Assembly: GCA_018240625.1 (NCBI GenBank)
Contig: JAFEFK010000895.1
Span: forward strand, 1 to 38,291
Direction: 5' to 3'
DNA: 38,291 nucleotides
Source: Pseudomonadota bacterium
GTDB taxonomy: Bacteria > Pseudomonadota > Alphaproteobacteria > Rhizobiales > Xanthobacteraceae
This document shows positions 29,480 through 38,291 of the stretch, piece after piece (within the stretch, counting starts at the first letter, position 1; each line of letters starts with the position of its first letter). Made by a program: the position numbers and the translations under genes. The notes below the pieces were generated by a model. That model saw nothing but the letters and a program-made list of their open reading frames with translations, did not search any database and was not told the origin of the DNA.

Positions 29480-30210
29480 GACTGGAAGCGAAACGGGGCG
29501 TGCCGGGCGCGGCGCTTTATCAGCGGATTCGCAACGACCTCGAGACCAAGATCATGTCTGGTGCGTGGCCGCCCGGGCATCGGGTGCCGTTCGAGCACGA
29601 ATTGATGGAGACTTATTCCTGTTCCCGGATGACCGTGAACAAGGTGTTGTCGACGCTCGCCGACGCTGGTCTGGTGGTGCGCCGGCGCAGGGCGGGCAGC
29701 TTTGTGTCGCGGCCGCGGGTGCAATCCGCCATTCTGCAGATTCCCGACCTGAAGGCGGAGATTGAAAAGCGCGGCGAACGCTACGGCTATCGGTTGCTCG
29801 ATTTGCAAAAGCGTAACGCCACGGCACAGGACCGCATCCGGCTCGGTATCGGCGGCCGTGCAACCGTGCTGGCGTTGCGCTGCCGTCATGAAGCGGAAGA
29901 GCAGCCGTTCGCGATCGAGGACCGGCTGATCAGCGTTCAAGCGGTGCCCGATGTGCTCAAGCAGGATTTTTCGATCACACCGCCGAACACCTGGCTTGTC
30001 GGTCACGTCCCCTGGACCGAGGCCGAGCACCGCATCACCGCCTGCAATGCGGACAACGACGTCGCCGCAGAGCTGGGTATTGAACCGGGCGCGGCGTGCC
30101 TTGTGATCGAACGGCAGACGTGGCGCAACGGTGAGCCGATCACCGCGGTGCGGCTCATCCATCCCGGCCGGCTCTACGATCTGATCGCCCGGTTCACGCC
30201 GACCGCTTGA
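29476..30210 (+). CDS. hutC: Histidine utilization repressor (GntR/UTRA)
   Basis: SGAWPPGHRVPFEHEL..YSCSRMTVNK, PWTEAEH.I.A, CLVIERQTW; follows hutF with an ATGA overlap. Confidence 0.93.
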   Translation: MRLEAKRGVPGAALYQRIRNDLETKIMSGAWPPGHRVPFEHELMETYSCSRMTVNKVLSTLADAGLVVRRRRAGSFVSRPRVQSAILQIPDLKAEIEKRGERYGYRLLDLQKRNATAQDRIRLGIGGRATVLALRCRHEAEEQPFAIEDRLISVQAVPDVLKQDFSITPPNTWLVGHVPWTEAEHRITACNADNDVAAELGIEPGAACLVIERQTWRNGEPITAVRLIHPGRLYDLIARFTPTA

Positions 30211-30237
30211 TCGGCGGCGTGGATCGGTCTGCGCGAT

Positions 30238-31275
30238 CTACTTTTTGCCGGCCTTCTCGACGAAGCTGTTGGTCCACACGTCGTTCTGTGACGTTGCCGC
30301 GTCGAATTCCTTGTCGTATTTGGTGCCGACCTCCTTGGAGAACTGCAGTTGATTGCGGACCGCCTCGACGTCTAGCGCGCCGCCGCCGGCGATCCCGCTG
30401 TTGAGCGCCTTGACAGCTGAAACAATGGCGGCGGGATCGGCCTTCGCGAAGAACTGCTTCTGGATTTTCATCGCGTTCGGCTCGGGGTCTTTGACAAGGG
30501 TTGCGCTTGCCGCCTGCATTGCCCCCACGGCTTTGACGATCAAACCCGAGGTCTTGTCGTCGATCGGCTTCTTGGCGACCATCACGAGGTAGGGCTGGTT
30601 GGCCAACAACGGAAATTCGTCGCCAAGTGAAACCAGGATCACCCCATCGCCGGCTTTGGTTGCTATGTAACCCGCCGGGGGCGAGAGCATGAAGGCGTCG
30701 ATGCGTTTTTGTTCGAGCGCCGCCTGCAGCGCGGGCGGGCTGCCGACCTGCGCAATCTTGATATCCGCCTTGGGATCGAGGCCGCCCTTTTCCGCGAGCC
30801 AGCGCGTCGCTGTTTCCTGGGTGCCGCCGATGGCGCCGACGCCGATCGTGGCGCCTTTCAGGGCCGCAATGCGTTTTTCCAGCGGATCGGCCGGCTTGAC
30901 GCCGGCTTTTTCGAGGAATGATTTCGAGACCACGAGTTCCAGCGTCACCTTCGACATCAGGTTGTAGACGATCTCGAACGGCTGACCCTTGCCGATGGCG
31001 CGTAACGCCGATTCCGTTCCGACGGCGGCGAGATCTACGTCGCCGGCGTCGAGAGCGGCAAGCGCTGCCGGATCACCGCCGGGCTGGACGATGGTGGCCT
31101 GAATGCCTGCCGCCGGAAACGTATCGAGCGCGCGGGCCGCCCAGATCGGCAGGAAACTCAACGCGGGGAAGCCTTGAGCGATGCGCACGGTCTGCTGCGC
31201 ATGCGCCAGTGTCGGAACCAGAAGCAATGTCGCGGCAAACACCGCCGCACGAGTCAGACCGGAGATGGAACGCAT
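30238..31275 (-). CDS. NitT/TauT (SsuA/TauA-like) ABC substrate-binding protein
   Basis: Signal peptide ending AHA-Q; FLPIWAA, ALDAGDVD, LKGATIGV, GGLDPKADIKI, RIDAFM, WTNSFV. Confidence 0.85.
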   Translation of the reverse strand: MRSISGLTRAAVFAATLLLVPTLAHAQQTVRIAQGFPALSFLPIWAARALDTFPAAGIQATIVQPGGDPAALAALDAGDVDLAAVGTESALRAIGKGQPFEIVYNLMSKVTLELVVSKSFLEKAGVKPADPLEKRIAALKGATIGVGAIGGTQETATRWLAEKGGLDPKADIKIAQVGSPPALQAALEQKRIDAFMLSPPAGYIATKAGDGVILVSLGDEFPLLANQPYLVMVAKKPIDDKTSGLIVKAVGAMQAASATLVKDPEPNAMKIQKQFFAKADPAAIVSAVKALNSGIAGGGALDVEAVRNQLQFSKEVGTKYDKEFDAATSQNDVWTNSFVEKAGKK

Positions 31276-31302
31276 GCTGTCCTCCTGTTTCGGATCGTCG
31301 AT

Positions 31303-32145
31303 CTAGATGTCGTTCGGAGCGGCTACGGTCAGCGTTTTCCAGCGGAGCAATCGCCGCTCCAGCCGTCCGGCCAGGAAATTGGCGATGGCTACAAAGACGA
31401 GCAGAATAACGATGCCCGCGAACACGCCGGCGGGGTCGTAGGTCGCAGATGCTTCACGAATGAAGAGACCGAGCCCCTGGATCGAGGACGTGAACTCGCC
31501 GACGATCACGCCGATCACGCTATAGGGCACGGCCATCCGCATGCCGAGCAGGACGTAAGGCGCAGCCGCCGGGAAATAGACGTGATAGGTGAGTTGGCGC
31601 TGGTTGGCGCCCATCACCAGGGTGAGGTTCGCCAATTCGCGATCAACGCTGCGAACGCCGGTATAGACGTTATAAAACACGAGGAAGAAAACCATGATCG
31701 CGGCGAGCGCGATCTTCGATCCGATGCCGATGCCGAACCAGATGATGAACAGCGGCGCCAGCGCGATCTTGGGAATGCCGTAGAACGCCATGACATAGGG
31801 TTCGAAGATACTGGCGATCCGCGGCGAGCGGCCGAGCATATAGCCGCCGATAATTCCGCCGGCGACGCCGATGACATAACCCAGCACCAGTTCCTGACCC
31901 GTCGTCCAGAGATGCGGATAGATCTCGCCGGACGCGAACAGCTCATAAAGCCGCGCCGCCACCGCGGTCGGCTTGCTGACATAAGTCTCCATGATCCAGC
32001 GTCCCGACGCCCATTGCCAGAATCCGAGAAGCGCGAGCCCCGGAAGCAACCTCATCAGGCCCCTGGCCGCCTTGCTCGCAAGCGACCGTCGTGCCGAGGG
32101 CTTTCCGGCAAGGGGTTGATCGGCTGTGGTGGCAAGGTCGTTCAT
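31303..32145 (-). CDS. NitT/TauT ABC permease
   Basis: IPKIALAPLFIIWFGIG..SK, EAA-like loop MGANQRQ, VIVGEF, GLG; ATG 32145. Confidence 0.9.
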   Translation of the reverse strand: MNDLATTADQPLAGKPSARRSLASKAARGLMRLLPGLALLGFWQWASGRWIMETYVSKPTAVAARLYELFASGEIYPHLWTTGQELVLGYVIGVAGGIIGGYMLGRSPRIASIFEPYVMAFYGIPKIALAPLFIIWFGIGIGSKIALAAIMVFFLVFYNVYTGVRSVDRELANLTLVMGANQRQLTYHVYFPAAAPYVLLGMRMAVPYSVIGVIVGEFTSSIQGLGLFIREASATYDPAGVFAGIVILLVFVAIANFLAGRLERRLLRWKTLTVAAPNDI

Positions 32146-32161
32146 GAGCCGACGATCGCTT

Positions 32162-32956
32162 TCAGTGGGGTTGCTGGCGGATGCCGATCTGGGATCGGAA
32201 CACGGTCCAGACCGCATCATAGGCGTCCTCGAAGCCGGGGTTCTTGAACGGCTCGAAGACGTTCCGCGGGCGTGGCAGATTAATGGCAATGTTGGCCAGC
32301 AGCTTGGACGGGCGCTGGCTCATGATTGCAACATTGTCGGCGAGCAGCACGGCTTCCGTAATGTCGTGGGTAACAAACAGCACCGTCGCGCTCGCGTCGC
32401 GCGACAACATCTGCAAGTCGTTCTGCATCACCATCCGGGTCTGCGCATCGAGCGCGCCGAAAGGCTCGTCCATCAAGATCACGTCGGGGCGGTATACCAG
32501 GGTTCGGGCGATGGAGCCTCGCTTCTGCATGCCGCCCGATAGCTGGCTGGGAAAATAATGATCGAATCCCGACAGGCCGACGGCATCGAGCGCCGCAGCA
32601 ACGCGCTCGCGGCGCTCGTCCGCACCAACGCCGCGCAGCAGCAGCGGAAGCTCGACGTTTTGAGCCAGCGTCTTCCAGGGAAACAACTGGGCCTGCTGCG
32701 GCACGAAACCGACTTCACGATTAATGGTGGCAATCGCGCGGCCGCGGTGATGCACCGTGCCGCGGGTCGGCATCAGAAGTCCGGCGGCCATCTGCAGCAG
32801 CGTGCTCTTGCCGCAGCCGCTGGGGCCGATCACCGCGACGAAGCGCCCATGGCCGACGTCCAGATCGATGCCGTCGATGACCCGGATTCCGACGTCGCTT
32901 CCCGGCGCAGGAAACTCCTGCCGGATGCCGCTGAACGAGAGCACTGCGTCATTCAT
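32162..32956 (-). CDS. NitT/TauT ABC ATPase
   Basis: GPSGCGKSTLL, FPSQLSGGMQKR, LMDEPFGALDAQTR, FVTHDI.EAV; ATG 32956 after AGGTGG. Confidence 0.92.
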   Translation of the reverse strand: MNDAVLSFSGIRQEFPAPGSDVGIRVIDGIDLDVGHGRFVAVIGPSGCGKSTLLQMAAGLLMPTRGTVHHRGRAIATINREVGFVPQQAQLFPWKTLAQNVELPLLLRGVGADERRERVAAALDAVGLSGFDHYFPSQLSGGMQKRGSIARTLVYRPDVILMDEPFGALDAQTRMVMQNDLQMLSRDASATVLFVTHDITEAVLLADNVAIMSQRPSKLLANIAINLPRPRNVFEPFKNPGFEDAYDAVWTVFRSQIGIRQQPH

Positions 32957-32979
32957 ATCGCGTCCCACCTGACCGGGAG

Positions 32980-33012
32980 TATGTCTAGACATAAATCAAT
33001 TGTCTAGACATA
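32980..33012. promoter_or_regulatory. Tandem GntR/HutC-like operators between the divergent ABC ATPase and ubiX
   Basis: Perfect 14-bp palindrome TATGTCTAGACATA (32980-32993) and a second TGTCTAGACA (33001-33010); each core is one mismatch from the HutC boxes at 22571 and 28058. Confidence 0.72.
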
Positions 33013-33122
33013 ATGAAAAGATACGCATCGCTGCTGCAGGAGATGATAGGCAGGGGGTCGTCCGTTTGCGAGGCGTCGGACAACCCGTCTTTAGACAAAG
33101 CCGACCGGTGCGGGAGCTCAAC

Positions 33123-33749
33123 GTGAAGGCAGCATCAGTTCCAGCCCAGCGCCGGTTGATCGTCGGCATTTCCGGCGCATCCGGCGTCATCTACGGTCTG
33201 CGTATCCTGCAACTGCTGCGCAATTCCGGCGTCGAGACGCATCTCGTGATGTCCAAGGCCGCTGAATTGACGTTTGCCTACGAGACCAAGGTCAAGATCG
33301 CGGACGTCAAGGCCGCTGCGCATACGGCTTACGGTATCGACGATATGGCAGCCGCGATCGCGAGCGGCGGATTTCGCACCGCCGGCATGATCGTTGCGCC
33401 GTGCTCGATCCGCTCGATGTCCGAAATCGCAAGCGGCGCGACCAGCACGCTATTGACGCGGGCTGCGGACGTCACGCTCAAGGAGCGGCGGCGGCTGGTC
33501 CTGATGGTGCGGGAAACCCCGCTGCACGGCGGTCACCTCAGATCGATGGCCGCGCTGTCCGATATGGGCGCCATCATTGCGCCGCCAGTTCCCGCATTCT
33601 ATGCGAAGCCGGACACGATCGAGGACATGGTGGATCATACGGTCGGGCGGATGCTGGATCTGTTCGAGATCGATGTCGGCACTGTGCGCCGCTGGGGCGA
33701 AGATCAGGATCTGCGCGCTCGCCCACCCAAGGGCCGGCTGACTGACTGA
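33123..33749 (+). CDS. ubiX: Flavin prenyltransferase (UbiX/Pad1)
   Basis: LIVGISGASG..YG, ETHLVMS, IASG, VAPCS, RAADV.LKERRRLVL.VRETP, PPVPAFY; GTG 33123 after GGGAG. Confidence 0.94.
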   Translation: MKAASVPAQRRLIVGISGASGVIYGLRILQLLRNSGVETHLVMSKAAELTFAYETKVKIADVKAAAHTAYGIDDMAAAIASGGFRTAGMIVAPCSIRSMSEIASGATSTLLTRAADVTLKERRRLVLMVRETPLHGGHLRSMAALSDMGAIIAPPVPAFYAKPDTIEDMVDHTVGRMLDLFEIDVGTVRRWGEDQDLRARPPKGRLTD

Positions 33750-33786
33750 TGCGGCCCCGTCATAAGTACGCGTATTGGAGTTGCTG

Positions 33787-35484
33787 ATGGATCGTTTCAA
33801 CCTTGGCGCATATTCCAGAACGGTCTCGACAAGTTCGCCCGACGCACAACGCTGGTTCGATATGGGATTGAACTGGTGCTTTGCCTTCAACAAGGGCGAA
33901 GGCGTCAAATGCTTTCGGAGAGCGCTCGAATCCGATCCCGAATGCGTCATGGCGCATTGGGGCGTCGCTTACGGGGCAGGGCCTTTTTACAACATGACAT
34001 GGCGCGACCACGGCGAAGAAGAGGCCAACACCGCGACGAGGCTGGCCTGTGAGCATATCGACAAGGCACGGAGTTTCGCGCACCGGGCGACGGAGCTTGA
34101 AAACCGGCTGGTTGAAACGCTCAGCTATCGTGTTCAGAAGCCGCATGCAGTTCAGCCCGAAGACTACGATCGTTGGGATGACGATTACGCTGCGGCCTTG
34201 CGCAGGCTCTACCATCGATATCGGGACGATCGCGATGTCGCGGCGCTCTTCGTCGAAGCCCTGATCATGCGGACGCCGAGGCGGTTGTGGGATATCAAGA
34301 CCGGAGTGCCGGCGGCAAATTCAGACGCCCTCGAAGCCCTTGATGTTTGCGAGCGGGCGATCACCGCAGCGGATCAGAATGGTCTGAAACCTCATCCGGC
34401 GCTGCCGCATCTGCATATTCATATTCTTGAGATGTCGAACGAACCCGAGCGCGCCAAGGCCTCGGCAGCAGTTCTTGCGACGCTGTGTCCTGACGCCGGA
34501 CACATGAACCACATGCCAGGGCATGTCCATGTCCTGTGTGGTGAATATCAGCAGGCGAAGATTGCCAGTGAACGGGCGATAGCCGCAAATGACATCTATC
34601 TCGCTTACGCAGGCTCGCTTACGCCGTACACGACGGCATGCGCACACGACCTCCTTCTGATGATGCATACGTGCATGTTCATGGGCAGGTATGAGGATTC
34701 GATCGGCGCTGCGAATAAATTACGTGGCATGCTGACGAAGGACGTTCTCAGCGTGAAGGAACGTCCGAAATTCTCAACCAGCCTCGAAGGCTACTATTCG
34801 ATGAGCGCTCATGTGATGGTGCGCTTCGGCCGGTGGCAGGACATCATCGACGCTTCGCTGCCGGACGACCCCGAGCTCTATCCGGTTTCGACCGCGATGC
34901 ATCACTATGCGAAAGGCGTGGCTCACGCATCGCTTAAGCGGTTCGAGGATGCCGACCGCGAGCGTGCGCTGTTTCATGAGAGTCTGAAGCGCATCCCGGC
35001 GAACCGCAAAGTCTTCAATAACACCGCTCTCAGCATCCTGGCGGTCGGTGAGAGGATGCTGGACGGCGAACTGGAATACCACAAGGGCAACCATGAAGCC
35101 GCCTATGCCCATCTGCGCGAGGCGGTCGATCGGGATGACAATCTGGAGTACATCGAACCCTGGGCCTGGATGCATCCGCCGCGGCATGCGCTGGCGGCGC
35201 TGCTTGCCGAGCAGGGTCACTATGAGGAGGCCGAGGATGTCTACCGCGACGATCTTGGCTTGAGCGGCCGGGTTCAGCGTTGCGCCCAGCACCCGGACAA
35301 TGTCTGGGCGCTTCACGGGCTGGCGGAATGTCTACAGCAACGCGGAGATGTCGACGAACTGGCGGTGGTCAAGCGAAAGCTTGCATCCGCGATGGCTTTC
35401 ACCGACGTACCAATCACGTCGTCATGTATGTGCCGGACATCGGCCCGATCTGAACCAAGCGGCTGCTGCGGGCAAAAAATATAA
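33787..35484 (+). CDS. TPR/helical-repeat protein of unknown function with His-rich motifs and a Cys-rich tail
   Basis: AQRWFDMGL.W..AFN..E...CF.RA...DPECVMAHWG.AY, HLHIH..E, GHMNHMPGH, EPWAW.HPPRHAL.ALL, HPDNVWALHGL, tail SSCMCR...GCCG; ATG 33787 after GGAG. Confidence 0.8.
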   Translation: MDRFNLGAYSRTVSTSSPDAQRWFDMGLNWCFAFNKGEGVKCFRRALESDPECVMAHWGVAYGAGPFYNMTWRDHGEEEANTATRLACEHIDKARSFAHRATELENRLVETLSYRVQKPHAVQPEDYDRWDDDYAAALRRLYHRYRDDRDVAALFVEALIMRTPRRLWDIKTGVPAANSDALEALDVCERAITAADQNGLKPHPALPHLHIHILEMSNEPERAKASAAVLATLCPDAGHMNHMPGHVHVLCGEYQQAKIASERAIAANDIYLAYAGSLTPYTTACAHDLLLMMHTCMFMGRYEDSIGAANKLRGMLTKDVLSVKERPKFSTSLEGYYSMSAHVMVRFGRWQDIIDASLPDDPELYPVSTAMHHYAKGVAHASLKRFEDADRERALFHESLKRIPANRKVFNNTALSILAVGERMLDGELEYHKGNHEAAYAHLREAVDRDDNLEYIEPWAWMHPPRHALAALLAEQGHYEEAEDVYRDDLGLSGRVQRCAQHPDNVWALHGLAECLQQRGDVDELAVVKRKLASAMAFTDVPITSSCMCRTSARSEPSGCCGQKI

Positions 35485-35540
35485 GTGTGCTGGCTCGGTC
35501 AGACGGGTGAAAAAGAATCGGCGCTCTATCTCTCCGCGCC

Positions 35541-35798
35541 CTCGTGCCATTGGGGTTTAGCCCGGGATAGACCATCTTCATACAGCGCGGCGTTCTTGGC
35601 GGTCGTATTTTTTGTCAGGATTTTGACGAGTTCGGCTTTTGGTGCTTTGTCTCTGAGCACGTCATTGTAAAAGCGAACACCCTTCAGATAGGCAATCATG
35701 AAGCGTTCAGCGATTTGCGGTCACTTGGGCATGCTCGGACCGTACATTAGATTGACATATTGCTGCGAGGGATAGACCCCATCGCCGCGTTCCAAATC
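35541..35798 (-). pseudogene. Decayed fragment of a NitT/TauT-type ABC substrate-binding protein
   Basis: Manual translation: ERGDGVYPSQQYVNLMYGPSMPK*PQIAERFMIAYLKGVRFYNDVL...ELVKILTKNTTAKNAALYE, then a frameshift to KMVYPGLNPNG. This resembles the C-terminal half of SsuA/TauA-like proteins, with an internal stop, a frameshift and no 5' half. Confidence 0.72.
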
Positions 35799-35820
35799 AT
35801 GACTCAAATAAGCGATTGAT

Positions 35821-36807
<987 letters not shown>

Positions 36808-36852
36808 CACGCCGTCTCATATCTGCGTGCCGTGGCGTATTGCGATCGGATG

Positions 36853-37365
36853 TCAGGGATAGCCGTGAAGCATCAGCCGGTCTGCTCGGACCTCCCAACT
36901 TTCGAGCCGGTTGAGGAAGCTCATTCCCAGCAGGTTGGTTTTCATCTGGCCGCGCGGAACGACGAGGGCAGGTACGGAGCGCTCGACGAGTTTTCCGATG
37001 GCCAGGCGATCGAGCGTCAGCCGCGCGGCGCGCGCATGTCCACCAGCGGTCTCGACATCGACATCGTAATCCAGCAATTCCAGCGGCAGGCCGGCTGCCT
37101 TCGCGGTTTCATAGGTGAGTACGACGGATGTTGCTCCGGTGTCGATGACCATCGGCGTGTTCACGCCGTTAATTCTTGCATGCAGCGTAAATTCCCCATT
37201 CTGGGCGCGGGGGATCTGCACGCTGCGCGCAGGTCCGGCACTGGCTTTGCGCAGCATATGTGAGACCATGCCGCCGGCCGCCGAAATTCGTGCGGGATCG
37301 CCGTAGGCGACAACCGCTCCCGCTGTTGCCGCCAGCATCATAAAAACCAGCAGGATACGGCTCAC
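36853..37365 (-). CDS. Clan AA aspartic protease (TIGR02281-like)
   Basis: N-terminal hydrophobic segment; INGV...MVIDTGAT.VVL, VETAGG, NLLGMSFL. Confidence 0.88.
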   Translation of the reverse strand: MSRILLVFMMLAATAGAVVAYGDPARISAAGGMVSHMLRKASAGPARSVQIPRAQNGEFTLHARINGVNTPMVIDTGATSVVLTYETAKAAGLPLELLDYDVDVETAGGHARAARLTLDRLAIGKLVERSVPALVVPRGQMKTNLLGMSFLNRLESWEVRADRLMLHGYP

Positions 37366-37387
37366 AGCACACCTGCCGTGTTTTCGG

Positions 37388-37594
37388 CTATGGTGCGGTT
37401 TTCACACGCGCCGCCATTTGCGGCAAACCTGCTTTTTCCATGCGCGCCGGAAGCGTTGCCATGATCGCAAGCCGTTCTGCGCTTGCGATCCGGTGCCATC
37501 TTGCGATTTCGGGAAGCGTGCGACCGCAGCCATAACAGAGGCTGGTTTTGGGATCGATCATGCAAACTGCAATGCACGGTGTTTCGCTGCTCAT
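37388..37594 (-). CDS. DUF1289 family small Cys-rich protein
   Basis: TPCIAVCMID....CYGCGRT..EIARW.......ER..IM. Confidence 0.85.
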   Translation of the reverse strand: MSSETPCIAVCMIDPKTSLCYGCGRTLPEIARWHRIASAERLAIMATLPARMEKAGLPQMAARVKTAP

Positions 37595-37652
37595 TCAAGA
37601 CTATGATGGTCATTCGTTTGTTTTCGCAAGCCTCGGCCTTATCCATTTGATC

Positions 37653-37703
37653 GGGCATGATCTATCCTGAAAACCGGTCTCCACTTTTCAGGATCATGCT
37701 CTA
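37653..37703. repeat. Rhizobiales-type intergenic palindromic repeat (REP/RIME-like); may act as an mRNA hairpin
   Basis: Minus strand reads TAGAGCATGATCCTGAAAAGTGGAGACCGGTTTTCAGGATAGATCATGCCC, with inverted repeats GCATGATC/GATCATGC and TCCTGAAAA/TTTTCAGGA. It resembles the common AGAGCATGATCC.GAAAAGTG...CGGTTTTC...GATCATGC element and overlaps the kinase stop codon. Confidence 0.75.
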
Positions 37704-38291
37704 AAGGCCGGTGCCAGCATTCATGATCGGTTTGTTCCGCGGACGGCGTCTCTCCTCCGCTGTTACATCGGCAGTTCGTTCGGGCTGAAGTGGTGGAGCT
37801 TCCTCCGCCATGGGCGCGAGAGCGGACATCACGCGCTCGGGCGGGAAGGTGATAATGACCTCGGTGCCGATCCGCAGCTTGGACCGCAGCGTAAACGTGC
37901 CGCCGTGCATGTCGATCAGGCTCTTCGCGATCGGAAGTCCGAGACCTGCGCCTTGCTCGGCGGATTTGATCGAATTCGAGCCCTGGCCGAACGACGCGAG
38001 CACGATCGGGATTTCATCTTCCGGGATTCCGGAGCCGTTATCCTTGACGCTCATGTATTGACCGCCGGAGGCAGTCCATCCGACTTTCAACCAGATCTCA
38101 CCGCCCTGCGGCGTGAACTTGATCGAATTCGACAAGAGATTGAGAACGATCTGGCGCGCGGCGCGCTCGTCGCCCCAGATTCGTGGCATGCCCTGTTCGA
38201 ACACTTCATGAATGGTGATGCCGCGGCTGGACGCGCGCAGTTTCAGGAGGTGATGGCAGTCGGCAACGACGTGCACGAGAGATACGGCCTC
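37701..38291 (-). CDS. Sensor histidine kinase, C-terminal HATPase part (runs off the right edge)
   Basis: QIVLNLLSNSIKFT (N box), DNGSGIP (G1), F box, GAGLGLPI (G2), HGG; the frame is open to 38291. Confidence 0.92.
   Translation of the reverse strand, partial: EAVSLVHVVADCHHLLKLRASSRGITIHEVFEQGMPRIWGDERAARQIVLNLLSNSIKFTPQGGEIWLKVGWTASGGQYMSVKDNGSGIPEDEIPIVLASFGQGSNSIKSAEQGAGLGLPIAKSLIDMHGGTFTLRSKLRIGTEVIITFPPERVMSALAPMAEEAPPLQPERTADVTAEERRRPRNKPIMNAGTGL

Noticed and set aside
32957-33122. ORF-track starts at 32992 (-) and 33000 (+), both reading MSRH
   Set aside because: Artefacts of the TGTCTAGACA palindromes; RBS-supported starts are at 32956 and 33123.

Overview
High-GC alphaproteobacterial DNA; gene content and order resemble Nitrobacteraceae/Bradyrhizobiaceae (inferred by eye). 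Left (1-7968): glycogen/trehalose cluster (glgB 5' part, treS-maltokinase fusion, glgE, divergent malQ) with back-to-back sigma-EcfG-type promoters; glgB appears to start at ATT. Middle (about 8.1-35.8 kb): a catabolic region for imidazole/histidine-like compounds, bracketed by two gene remnants (arylsulfatase and ABC binding protein). It has two modules. Module 1 lies around a tandem double-LysR gene: hydantoinase-like and carbamoylase-like amidohydrolases, a UbiD decarboxylase, a Liv-type ABC importer, a DUF917 (thiohydantoin desulfurase family) protein, a GST and a divergent urocanase paralog. It resembles ergothioneine-type catabolism but has UbiD and GST and no ammonia-lyase. Module 2 is marked by HutC-type boxes: an ornithine cyclodeaminase-like gene, a signal-less PhnD-like gene, hutD-hutU-hutI/hutF-hutC (no hutH or hutG in the window), a TauABC-like importer, ubiX and a His/Cys-rich TPR protein. 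Right: dusA, an aspartic protease, DUF1289, a rhizobial palindromic repeat and the 3' part of a histidine kinase gene. All assignments come from motif recognition; no database searches were run.
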